IMG/VR virus record: IMGVR_UViG_3300040971_000127
Coordinates: 1-24,351 of that record
Direction: 5' to 3' (one strand)
Source of the DNA: a virus
Lineage: Duplodnaviria; Caudoviricetes
DNA length: 24,351 nucleotides
Both the position numbers and the translations under genes were made by a program. The notes under the pieces were generated by a model. That model saw nothing but the letters and a program-made list of their open reading frames with translations, was not told the DNA's origin and ran no database searches. Positions 1 to 7,888 of the stretch are shown here, piece after piece. Positions within the stretch are counted from its first letter, which is position 1; each line of letters starts with the position of its first letter.

Positions 1-265
1 TTAAGAACACCCACCGAAGTGGATAATTCTAAAAAGCCTGTTGGCGACGGCTTGACACAATCTCCCGCTTTATTCTCGCACTTGTGCCACACCACTTTTC
101 CCGACTTTGCAGCCAAAACTACCAGCGGGAAATCCTGCTTTGTAGCATTTTTCAGCTAAAATATAGCTACAAATAATAACCTTGCGTAGGAATACTAATG
201 CCTACATTAATTTTGGATTTTAGCCGGTCAAAATACCGCCCATAAGCCATTAACCGGCGAAATGG

Positions 266-287
266 CCGCTAAAACACATAGTTGGGC
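266..287 (+). other. putative integron attI site
   Basis: GCCGCTAAAACACATAGTTGGGC resembles the class 1 attI1 end (GCCCTAAAACAAAGTTRRRY). GTTGGGCGC (281-289) is the exact reverse complement of GCGCCCAAC (868-876) closing cassette 1. No attC body lies upstream. Confidence 0.6.
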
Positions 288-324
288 GCTTACATTGACG
301 CTAGAAAACAAATGAAAGGACAGC

Positions 325-663
325 ATGAATATCAGTTTTGACCTTACGACTCCTGAGGGCAGAGAAAAAGCATTGGAGCTATTTGATAAATGGGGATGGG
401 CAATACATCTTCCTGCATGGCTTATGAAAAAAGCCTTCGACTTTATCTCATCAAAAACAAATGACGATATTATTGAGTCACAGCGAAAAACAGCAATAGA
501 TATTATAAAAGCTGGCAGCAAGCAAAACGTTAATAAGATGACAATCATTGTGGATCAAATGGTTGGTTTAGATTTCGGCTCAAATGTTGAAGGAATTCCA
601 GTAAAGTGCAAATTAGGAAAAGATGGTCATATGACTATTGAAGTGGAATATCAAAAAAATTAG
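325..663 (+). CDS. hypothetical protein, cassette 1 (112 aa)
   Basis: ATG with RBS-like GAAAGGA, lying between the GTTGGGC core and attC1. No family recognised. Confidence 0.75.
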   Translation: MNISFDLTTPEGREKALELFDKWGWAIHLPAWLMKKAFDFISSKTNDDIIESQRKTAIDIIKAGSKQNVNKMTIIVDQMVGLDFGSNVEGIPVKCKLGKDGHMTIEVEYQKN

Positions 664-869
664 AGTTTTGGGAAATTAATATTGCATGGTCATAGGTATC
701 GATATTTAGCATCAAAAAGACCAGTTTGGGATCTGGCTCAATTGTAAATTCAGAAAAATATGTAAATGGAGCAAAAGCAAATCGTCAATTAGTGCAAGAA
801 AATTTATACTTCTCTATTCAAACCGGAAAGTTTACGAATTGCTTAGGTAGAAATAATTCTCAGCAACGC

Positions 870-1002
870 GCCCAACACCGCTTGCACCGGACAAAAGCGG
901 GGTGGTTCTCCGCTTTTGATGGAATTCACACCACTGGCTTTTTTGGCCTTTTGGCAATTTCCCGCCAAATCCCGCTTTTGCCGGTAAAGCCAGCCGTTAG
1001 CC
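870..1002 (+). repeat. attC site 1
   Basis: R'' GCCCAAC (870-876) and R' GTTAGCC (996-1002). Imperfect palindrome CACCGGACAAAAGCGGG...CCCGCTTTTGCCGGTA; ends conserved with attC2 and attC3. Confidence 0.9.
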
Positions 1003-1034
1003 TGCTATCCGCATGATGAAATAAAATTGATCAC

Positions 1035-1787
1035 ATGGAAAAATTACCGCTATATATTCGCAAACTCGCTCGGAATATGTTTGCTGGTCAGTCTGGATTA
1101 TCGGGACCAGAAATCCATGAGTTTTTTAAAGAATATTCATCAGAGATTCCAGACTATTCAGGCGGAGGTTCCCGTTGGGAGATTTTTGATAACTTTCTGA
1201 TTTCATTTCCCCTGGACACACAACGAACCATTTTGTTGCATCTTTGTGATTACAATGTTCCAACAAAATACGGTCCACCAAGTGATGAAGATAAACAAAA
1301 ACTTCAAAAATGGCTTATAACAACTCCTGTTTCGCAAGCATCCGAAACGACCCTTCAAAGTGTGACAAGTTCGAGTATCCATGAGTATTGGCAGAAAGCT
1401 CTTGAACGAGTTCATAATGACCCGGAAGGAGCAATAACAAGCGCTCGCACATTGGTTGAAACAGTCTGTAAATATGTGCTTGAAAACAAAGGTATTGCAT
1501 TCAAAGAAGATGGCGATTTGCAGAAACTATACAAACAGACTGCATCCGCATTGAATTTATCCCCTGACCAGCATGGAGAAGACATTTTCAAGCAAATATT
1601 GAGTGGTAGCGCAAATGTAGTTAATGGGCTAGCAGCTCTAAGAAATGCTTTTGGTGACGCACATGGCAAAAGCAAAAAATATATTAAGCCGAAGGCAAGA
1701 CACGCAAAGTTGGCTGTGGGTTTTGCTGGCACATTGTCTACATTCTTAATAGAAACATTTGAAGAGCAAAACAAAGACGCAGGCTAA
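1035..1787 (+). CDS. abortive infection family protein (Abi_C / AbiJ-like, HEPN-like C-terminus), cassette 2
   Basis: C-terminal DPEGAITSARTLVETVCK...QILSG...GLAALRNAFGDAHGK...ARHAKLAV is typical of Abi_C. The stop codon lies within the R'' box GGCTAAC. Cassette ends GTTAGCCTGC/GCAGGCTAAC are perfectly complementary. Confidence 0.85.
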   Translation: MEKLPLYIRKLARNMFAGQSGLSGPEIHEFFKEYSSEIPDYSGGGSRWEIFDNFLISFPLDTQRTILLHLCDYNVPTKYGPPSDEDKQKLQKWLITTPVSQASETTLQSVTSSSIHEYWQKALERVHNDPEGAITSARTLVETVCKYVLENKGIAFKEDGDLQKLYKQTASALNLSPDQHGEDIFKQILSGSANVVNGLAALRNAFGDAHGKSKKYIKPKARHAKLAVGFAGTLSTFLIETFEEQNKDAG

Positions 1788-2083
1788 CACCGCGTGCAGC
1801 CGACTTGGGGTACGCACCGCGTTATTTAGGCTTTTTTCGTGGCTTTTGGCGTTTCCCGTTTCGACGGCGAGTCCACGCTCCCACCCCAAGCGGCTAACGC
1901 CAGCCGTTGAAACTGTCGAAAAAGTCATTTATTAAAAATAATCTTTGAAAAGTGGGACAAAAACATCGAAAAGCGCCTTGTTTTTTTGTGTCCCAGCCCA
2001 AATTCTAGCGGTTTTTGAGCCTGTTGTGGGAGATTTTTGTGATCTTTTTCCCAACAAAGGGTTTTTCGACAGTCTCGTTAGCC
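1782..2083 (+). repeat. attC site 2, interrupted by a MITE at R'
   Basis: R'' GGCTAAC (1782-1788); body ends GCGGCTAACGCCAGCCGTT (to 1908); R' GTTAGCC resumes at 2077-2083. Confidence 0.85.
1909..2076. mobile_element. non-autonomous MITE (168 bp)
   Basis: 15-bp terminal inverted repeats GAAACTGTCGAAAAA / TTTTTCGACAGTCTC (14/15 match), flanked by duplicated GTT (1906-1908, 2077-2079). No transposase ORF. Confidence 0.85.
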
Positions 2084-2143
2084 CGCACCACTAATGGACT
2101 TATTAAGAGAATTTGCATTAAATTATAATGAGGCTAGAACATT

Positions 2144-2776
2144 ATGCTGGAAAGAAACATAAACCTATGCAGAGCTATTACCCAAAAGAAAACATCCTGT
2201 AAGAATAATGCAATAAAAGGTAAAAACTATTGCACTATACACTTAAAAAAGAACCTATCGACAGGAAAATATCTCTATGAGCATAAAGATGAGATTATAA
2301 GCTTTCTTGCAGGCGCACTAGCTGATCCTGTAGCCGGTGACTTTTACGAATTTCTAAAAGAACAGATTGGAATGAAACACTTTGTTCCACCAGTTCCTGT
2401 TTCAGATGACCTACCGAGCATAGGTAAAAATATAAGATTCGGGATGCATCGCAGTGAGGTCCATCGACTTCTTGGTAAACCATTTTTCCGATGGGACATT
2501 AAGGTTGATTATTTTAGTAACGATCCTTTTGAACCCGTTTTCACAGATGAACATAGAATTCATGATCCAAACGATTTTCCAATCGGTATTTCAGGAGTCC
2601 CATACGAGACAGCTTTAGATGAATATAGCCTTAACGAATACGACTTGATAATCAGGTATGGCACAATCCTTTCAAGAAAGTATGAGCCATTAGAGAAAAA
2701 GGTCATTTCGATAGAGTATCGAAAATATCCTGAGATACCATCTGAAGTGGAAGGGCTAACCGTTATCTATAAATAA
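2144..2776 (+). CDS. hypothetical protein with N-terminal CCCH motif and a short SmpA/BamE-like motif, cassette 3
   Basis: CRAITQKKTSCKNNAIKGKNYCTIH and IRFGMHRSEVHRLLGKP. Cassette ends GTTAGCCCGC (2077-2086) / GCGGGCTAAC (2778-2787) are complementary. Confidence 0.75.
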   Translation: MLERNINLCRAITQKKTSCKNNAIKGKNYCTIHLKKNLSTGKYLYEHKDEIISFLAGALADPVAGDFYEFLKEQIGMKHFVPPVPVSDDLPSIGKNIRFGMHRSEVHRLLGKPFFRWDIKVDYFSNDPFEPVFTDEHRIHDPNDFPIGISGVPYETALDEYSLNEYDLIIRYGTILSRKYEPLEKKVISIEYRKYPEIPSEVEGLTVIYK

Positions 2777-2780
2777 AGCG

Positions 2781-2930
2781 GGCTAACAACACCGCGTACA
2801 CCGGACAAGTGGGGGCCGTTGGCCGCACTTGCGGGACTCCAGCCCCAATGGCGGATTCGGCGTCTGGCGGCTTTATCCGCCAAATCCCGCGCTTGCCGGT
2901 ACCGCCAGCCGTTGGTGCCGCTTGTTATGC
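2781..2930 (+). repeat. attC site 3 (hybrid-looking)
   Basis: R'' GGCTAAC, then AACACCGCGTACACCGGAC...GCCGGTACCGCCAGCCGTT as in attC1, followed by a second core GTTATGC at 2924-2930. Confidence 0.8.
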
Positions 2931-2992
2931 AAACCATAAAATCATTTCTAAACCATAAAGAGTCATTCCCAAGCAATAAGGAGAGCTAATTT

Positions 2993-3193
2993 ATGCAGTT
3001 CGGCCGGGCTTTCATTCGCAATTTAGGTTTGATGATATTGATATTCGGTGGAATGGCTATTTTTGCCGCTATTTTTTACCCTGAAACACTATCGGTCTTC
3101 TATGGCATAGGCCAAGTTTATAGTGGTCTCAACTTGTGGCCGATTATCATTCTCACGTTGATAATTGCCGCTATTCCACGCAGAAAACGCTGA
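2993..3193 (+). CDS. small two-TM membrane protein, cassette 4 (66 aa)
   Basis: RBS AAGGAG; two hydrophobic stretches and a basic tail PRRKR. CCATAAC (3202-3208) after the gene matches the GTTATGC core at 6/7 positions. Confidence 0.75.
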   Translation: MQFGRAFIRNLGLMILIFGGMAIFAAIFYPETLSVFYGIGQVYSGLNLWPIIILTLIIAAIPRRKR

Positions 3194-3276
3194 GATTTGT
3201 GCCATAACATACAGCTTATTTTTTAAAGCAATAAGACAAAATCCCGCTCTAAAAAGGTTTTTTGTCTTTATCTCTC

Positions 3277-3305
3277 TTGACGTACTTTTCTGAATTTGCT
3301 AGAAT
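3277..3305 (+). promoter_or_regulatory. sigma70-type promoter with extended -10
   Basis: TTGACG (3277-3282), 17-bp spacer, TGcTAGAAT (-10 at 3300-3305). Confidence 0.65.
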
Positions 3306-3311
3306 AGCCGT

Positions 3312-3358
3312 TATCAGTGACTGACCTGCCCCCCTCAGGCCAGTCACTGATATTTTTT
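3312..3358 (+). ncRNA. candidate small hairpin RNA with C-rich loop
   Basis: 17-bp stem with one mismatch (TATCAGTGACTGACCTG / CAGGCCAGTCACTGATA), loop CCCCCCT, then T6. Starts ~6 nt after the -10 box. Confidence 0.45.
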
Positions 3359-3372
3359 ATCGAGATGCAAAC

Positions 3373-3399
3373 AAAAAGCCCCGCTTAGACGGGGCTTTT
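3373..3399. terminator. bidirectional intrinsic terminator
   Basis: AAAAAGCCCCG-CTTAGA-CGGGGCTTTT, between converging transcription units. Confidence 0.85.
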
Positions 3400-3495
3400 G
3401 CGTGTACAGGCACTCTTGTTTAGACCCGAAGCTCCGGCCGCTTTACCAAGCAGCCGACGAAGGTGCCGGCGATCAAGGCAGGGAGATAGGCCGCT

Positions 3496-5508
3496 CTACA
3501 TCTTGCCATAATATTCGCGCTGGCTTTCATAAACGGCCATAACTGTCTCGTCATTGACGGCTCCGGCAAGTAGACAAGTGGCCCCCATAGCCCACCCGTT
3601 CATGTAGGTATAGCCACCGCCCCCGCGCCCGATACGAAAATTGTTAGTGGAGTTGTATAGGCTGGTCGGGACACCTGATGACCTTTCGGATTTCACCAGC
3701 GCATTTGTGCCATGTTGGGAAATCATAGTGTTCATCCAAAGGCCCGAATAATAACGAACGGCGACAAAATACCAAGCGTTCGAAACTATTGCGACTGGAT
3801 TGTCAACGGAGACCATAGTCTGGGTTGCCTGGTCGTGAACTGAGAAAGTGAAGAAATGCTGACCCGCTGGCATTCCGTTCCAACTCCATAAGTACCATTG
3901 AGAGTTTGGGTAGCCTATGTCGCCCTGCCCCATGACAAATTGACTCACTGTCGTGAAATTGGCATCAGCGAACTGCACCCAGATCATAGCGGTGAAGGCC
4001 CACTCCATACCCAGGTGAAAGCCAAACTCGTCGCCGCGTTGCAGATAATTGCCTCCGCCTGCTGGTGCTGAGACGGCTGACACGTTCGGGTAGCCCGCAG
4101 TATATGCGGCTACGCCTTGATATATCGTCCCCATCGGCTGAAGGTCACGGTCTTGTCCCGACAAATCTTTTACAACGCCGCTGCCGCTGGTGCCGACTAA
4201 ACCAAGTTCGGGTGTCCAGACGGCGCGTTTCGCTGGAAGGCTGAGCATTGGCCCCACATAATCATAGTGAGCGAGGGGTAAGCTCAGATTGCCCATCGAC
4301 ATATAGGCCCGCCTGCCTGCGGCAACGGTGTCTTTTAGGGAAATTGAAACGCCTCCGCTGGTGCTGAGGTTGTTGACGGCGATCCCCAGACTAGCGCTAT
4401 TACTGCCCGATTCGCCTTGTGCTAAGATGCTTGAATGATCGTCGCCCACAGCCCCAGATGCCCGCACAATTAGCCCGGCTTGCGAGCCTTTTTTTAGCCA
4501 GAGTTTTGCATCATTGCCAAAACCGGCCTGTGTGAGAGTGAAGCCGTTTTTGTCGAAGCGGAGAACTTCAGATGTAATATTCCAGGCTGATCCCTGTTGA
4601 ACCATTCGGATATTTATGTCGCTCCCTGCTTCGAGAACGATTCGATAATCACCGGGTTGTCCAACAACCACAAAGGGAGTGCCAGCAGGCCAGTGATTTG
4701 CCCCAGAGCCGTCAATATTTCGCCAGCAGTTATATGTGGTGCCGCCGACATGGCTGGCGATATTGATCCATTCGACTGATGGGTTTCCGCTGGTGTCCTC
4801 GGATTGAAAAATTACCCAATCATTGACGGTCATTCCCTGGCCGAAGTCGATCCAAGATGAGCTAGCATCAAGAGCGGCAGCCAGCGCCCCAGAGCCTTTT
4901 GTTATCCAAACAGTATTACCAACGATCACAACGCTTTCCTTTGAGAATACGGTTGCGGCCAGTTCTGCTACTCGCAGGGTGCGGTATCGGTTGTTGACCG
5001 CGCCGATGTCGTAGGTGTCGCCAGTCTCTGGGAGAATGTCACGAGTAACCAGCGTTTGACGAAATGTGTGCCAGCCCGTCCAAATGGCGTTCATGGCAAG
5101 GTCTATAATGTGACGGTGATCCGGTCGAGAAAACTGAGACGTGACCGATCCGGGCGAAGCGGCAGAAGCGCCCACAGCGGTAGGCGTTGCTCCGCTTGCA
5201 TCGCTCTCGGTGACAACGTAGGATGGGAGTTGGCTGGCCCCAAGTGTTCCGATGTGATCCGGGCCATCGAGGGCATGCTGCTGGTTGTGGTGGTCGTTCG
5301 GCCCGATATTTGACATGTCGCCGTGTCGGTGAGCGTTAGCCACTGTGCGAGAGCCGTGCTGCGCGTCACTGATATTACCAGTGTGGTGCGAACCGCTCAT
5401 ATCATGCGGACTGGGGGCGAACGGGCCCGACCCGCCGCCGATTGCGCTTAACAGATCCACAATGCGTGGTTTCATTTTTTGCCAGAGTTCATCGAATCCA
5501 ATAGCCAT
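3496..5508 (-). CDS. tail fibre / receptor-binding protein with C-terminal LamG/concanavalin-like domain
   Basis: Last gene of the tail module. His-rich fibre-like motifs (HHTG, HRHGD, DHH, SRPDHRH); C-terminal FTAMIWVQF...WYFVAVRY...FRIGR pattern. Confidence 0.75.
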   Translation of the reverse strand: MAIGFDELWQKMKPRIVDLLSAIGGGSGPFAPSPHDMSGSHHTGNISDAQHGSRTVANAHRHGDMSNIGPNDHHNQQHALDGPDHIGTLGASQLPSYVVTESDASGATPTAVGASAASPGSVTSQFSRPDHRHIIDLAMNAIWTGWHTFRQTLVTRDILPETGDTYDIGAVNNRYRTLRVAELAATVFSKESVVIVGNTVWITKGSGALAAALDASSSWIDFGQGMTVNDWVIFQSEDTSGNPSVEWINIASHVGGTTYNCWRNIDGSGANHWPAGTPFVVVGQPGDYRIVLEAGSDINIRMVQQGSAWNITSEVLRFDKNGFTLTQAGFGNDAKLWLKKGSQAGLIVRASGAVGDDHSSILAQGESGSNSASLGIAVNNLSTSGGVSISLKDTVAAGRRAYMSMGNLSLPLAHYDYVGPMLSLPAKRAVWTPELGLVGTSGSGVVKDLSGQDRDLQPMGTIYQGVAAYTAGYPNVSAVSAPAGGGNYLQRGDEFGFHLGMEWAFTAMIWVQFADANFTTVSQFVMGQGDIGYPNSQWYLWSWNGMPAGQHFFTFSVHDQATQTMVSVDNPVAIVSNAWYFVAVRYYSGLWMNTMISQHGTNALVKSERSSGVPTSLYNSTNNFRIGRGGGGYTYMNGWAMGATCLLAGAVNDETVMAVYESQREYYGKM

Positions 5509-6557
5509 TACTCATCTCCAATCATCAAAATTTGATCGTATTCCCCGGCAGCACGATAGGTCACCTTGTCCAGATCCGGAGCGTACTCCATGCCCTCAAT
5601 TAGGAACGGCTGTAATGCTGCGTAGCCACCCAGCACCGGCGGGGCATCCTTAACCATCGCCCACGTTCCGCAGATATTCTTCCAACCAGGCTGCACAATT
5701 CCCAGGTTGGTCTCAATTCGCCCATCCTGCCTGACCAGGTATTGAGTATCGGTGGGTGTATGGATCAACGCCCGGCGCTCCTGTGTAATTTGCACCAGCA
5801 TGCGTTGCCCTAAATTTGTTCCACTCGCCAGCAGCTCATCGATGATACGCAACGCTGTTTCGCGCCCATCCCGATTGCGATTGCTGCTGATGCCGCTTTC
5901 AGTCAGGATTGTCACACCATCCAAAAACTGCCCACGAGCGACCAGGATATTCTGGATCTGGGTTGTTGTCGCCAAACTATCGGTATTGCTGTCGCTGTAA
6001 TACCGCCAATCGAGCGTATGCCACCAACCCAGACATTCAATCGTGATCTGATCTGTGCCACCAGATAAATCCACAGTCGCCACTGGGTAGCGGTTGCGGC
6101 CAAAAAGCGTATCCCGCCGGGCATTGGCCTGCGCCTCGTTCCCCTGGGACAGCTGATAAATCCTTTCCTTTATTCCGTATTCCGCCTGGCTGACAGAGTC
6201 ATTTACCCAGGTTGTCAATGGCGCGCTATTTGGCGTCTGATTTCCATCGGGCAGGTTTGCATAATGCACGGCAACACTGTTGGCCATTTTATCGAGTGTC
6301 AAGCCAATCTTTATTTCACCGTGCGGCACGGACACACGATTGACAAATCCCCACCAAACAATCGATCCATCATCAGCATAAATTTGCACAGGGCAGCGAA
6401 GCAACTTCATCGCCTCCCATTTATCTATTCCTGCTGACATACTCAATGTCGCCTTGTCTGGCCCGCCAATCGCGTTCCAGCCCAAGCGATTTACGGCAGC
6501 CAGATCAGTTTGAGCGGTCTTTTCGCTAAAATCCCGATTTTGGAAGATCGCATTCAT
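5508..6557 (-). CDS. minor tail / baseplate hub (Tal-like) protein
   Basis: Position after Dit; VWWGFV and DSVSQAEYGIKERI motifs typical of siphovirus hub proteins. Confidence 0.65.
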   Translation of the reverse strand: MNAIFQNRDFSEKTAQTDLAAVNRLGWNAIGGPDKATLSMSAGIDKWEAMKLLRCPVQIYADDGSIVWWGFVNRVSVPHGEIKIGLTLDKMANSVAVHYANLPDGNQTPNSAPLTTWVNDSVSQAEYGIKERIYQLSQGNEAQANARRDTLFGRNRYPVATVDLSGGTDQITIECLGWWHTLDWRYYSDSNTDSLATTTQIQNILVARGQFLDGVTILTESGISSNRNRDGRETALRIIDELLASGTNLGQRMLVQITQERRALIHTPTDTQYLVRQDGRIETNLGIVQPGWKNICGTWAMVKDAPPVLGGYAALQPFLIEGMEYAPDLDKVTYRAAGEYDQILMIGDE

Positions 6558-7888
6558 CAGATCACCTGCCTCCTGGGCCGATAGTATGCTCTCACCGAAT
6601 AGGTTTGAGCAATTCTCATATTGGTATCCTGCTGAGACAGAAAGTACAAACGCTGAGTGCGATTAGGGATTAGTTTTGCGCCATTCCCATAGCTCGAGAA
6701 TTCACCGATTTTCAGACCGCCTGTGTCAACCCGATAAACCTCCCCATTGATTCCATCGTCAACAAATTTTTCATTCTGATAGATGCCACGCTCCACAGAA
6801 ATGGCACGGCGCCAGCCGCCATCTGCGCTAACCGGGGAGAGCTGCACGAAATCCAACTTTAGCGTGTGTGTCCCGCCAGCCTGTCGCAGCCCGTACAACT
6901 CCAGCCGTATTGGCTTGAGATTTGCCTGATTGAGCAAATACGGCGGCAAACGCACAGTATCCACAACCACAAGCGATTTGGCAGCCAATGCCAGGTTCCC
7001 CAGCCAGATTGTGCGGTAAATATCGCCAGTGACCAGCTTAAAGCGCACGTAGAGACCGTAGCTGCTCGCCAAACCCTCGCTCAAACGGGCAAGCAGGGCA
7101 AATTGCCCACCCGCGCACGCAGACAACAACGCGGTCGACAAGGTCCACTCTGCCAGCTTGGTTTCTGTTTGCACAGCCCAGGAGTACGATTTATATTGCC
7201 CGTTTGAACTGTTCGCATCCGCAACAGTGCTACCGCCAGACGCTGATTCGGCCTCAAGGATGTGCCCAAGACTAACCGGATTGCTGTCTACGTTATGGTA
7301 TACAAAATACTCGGTTTGATAATTCAGGCCATCGGTTGCCAGGCTAACAAGCTCCAAGCGCATTGCAGCGGGCAAATCCCCAACCACGCTACCAGCCGCG
7401 ATTTCAACATAATTTTGATGGCCGGTTCCGCCATCATTGTGGTTCCACACCACGCGTCCACCTGTGCCGCTGCCGTTAGCATTGCTCAGCGGCAATTCGG
7501 CTTCTGGCCCTTCCCAATACGGCTGACGACTAAAGCGCAACTTAGCTTCCATCGCCGTGCCAGCGAACCCCATATCCAACGTATTTTTTTCTGGCACGAT
7601 TTCCCCGTCAACAACTTCACTACGCCAAAAACCATCACCAGCATCGAATTCGACGAAAACCTGGCTGCCCATCCCTGTCATCGCGCGCCGCCTGGCCTGG
7701 TCAAAAAGCCGGTTTATGGTTGTCCATGTTGTTCGCCTGGTCGCCAAATCGCCAGTCAATGCAACCTGGCATACATCATCGACGGTACCTTTTTTCCCAG
7801 GCATAGTTTTGGGTACATATTCAGAGATAAGATTCCCTGAAGTTGCAAAACTAACCGTTATTGCTCCATCACTAATTCGTAGTTGCAT
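6557..7888 (-). CDS. distal tail (Dit-like) protein, probably with an inserted domain
   Basis: Immediately after tape measure; LRFSRQPYWEGPE and C-terminal YYRPRR motifs; 443 aa is long for a minimal Dit. Confidence 0.65.
   Translation of the reverse strand: MQLRISDGAITVSFATSGNLISEYVPKTMPGKKGTVDDVCQVALTGDLATRRTTWTTINRLFDQARRRAMTGMGSQVFVEFDAGDGFWRSEVVDGEIVPEKNTLDMGFAGTAMEAKLRFSRQPYWEGPEAELPLSNANGSGTGGRVVWNHNDGGTGHQNYVEIAAGSVVGDLPAAMRLELVSLATDGLNYQTEYFVYHNVDSNPVSLGHILEAESASGGSTVADANSSNGQYKSYSWAVQTETKLAEWTLSTALLSACAGGQFALLARLSEGLASSYGLYVRFKLVTGDIYRTIWLGNLALAAKSLVVVDTVRLPPYLLNQANLKPIRLELYGLRQAGGTHTLKLDFVQLSPVSADGGWRRAISVERGIYQNEKFVDDGINGEVYRVDTGGLKIGEFSSYGNGAKLIPNRTQRLYFLSQQDTNMRIAQTYSVRAYYRPRRQVI

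Noticed and set aside
1-265. intI start or Pc promoter upstream of attI
   Set aside because: No IntI-like reading frame and no -35/-10 pair with proper spacing that I can support. Only short inverted repeats (TTTGTAGC/GCTACAAA, GTAGG/CCTAC) are present.
726-1016. 96-aa ORF
   Set aside because: TTG start with no RBS, and it runs through attC1; likely spurious.
870-2930. CRISPR array
   Set aside because: The repeats are 130-150 bp imperfect palindromes separated by whole genes, which fits attC. No cas genes are present.
3197-3226. dif/Xer-like site TTGTGCCATAA-CATACAGC-TTATTTTTTAA
   Set aside because: The 8-bp spacer and poor XerD arm do not fit; better explained as an attC R'' remnant.
3454-3490. 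Hammerhead ribozyme (CCGACGA resembles CUGANGA)
   Set aside because: Core mismatch and no GAAA after the candidate stem II.
3496-5508. Diversity-generating retroelement target in the tail fibre
   Set aside because: No reverse transcriptase and no adenine-variant TR/VR pair seen. The only long repeat in the window is intergenic.
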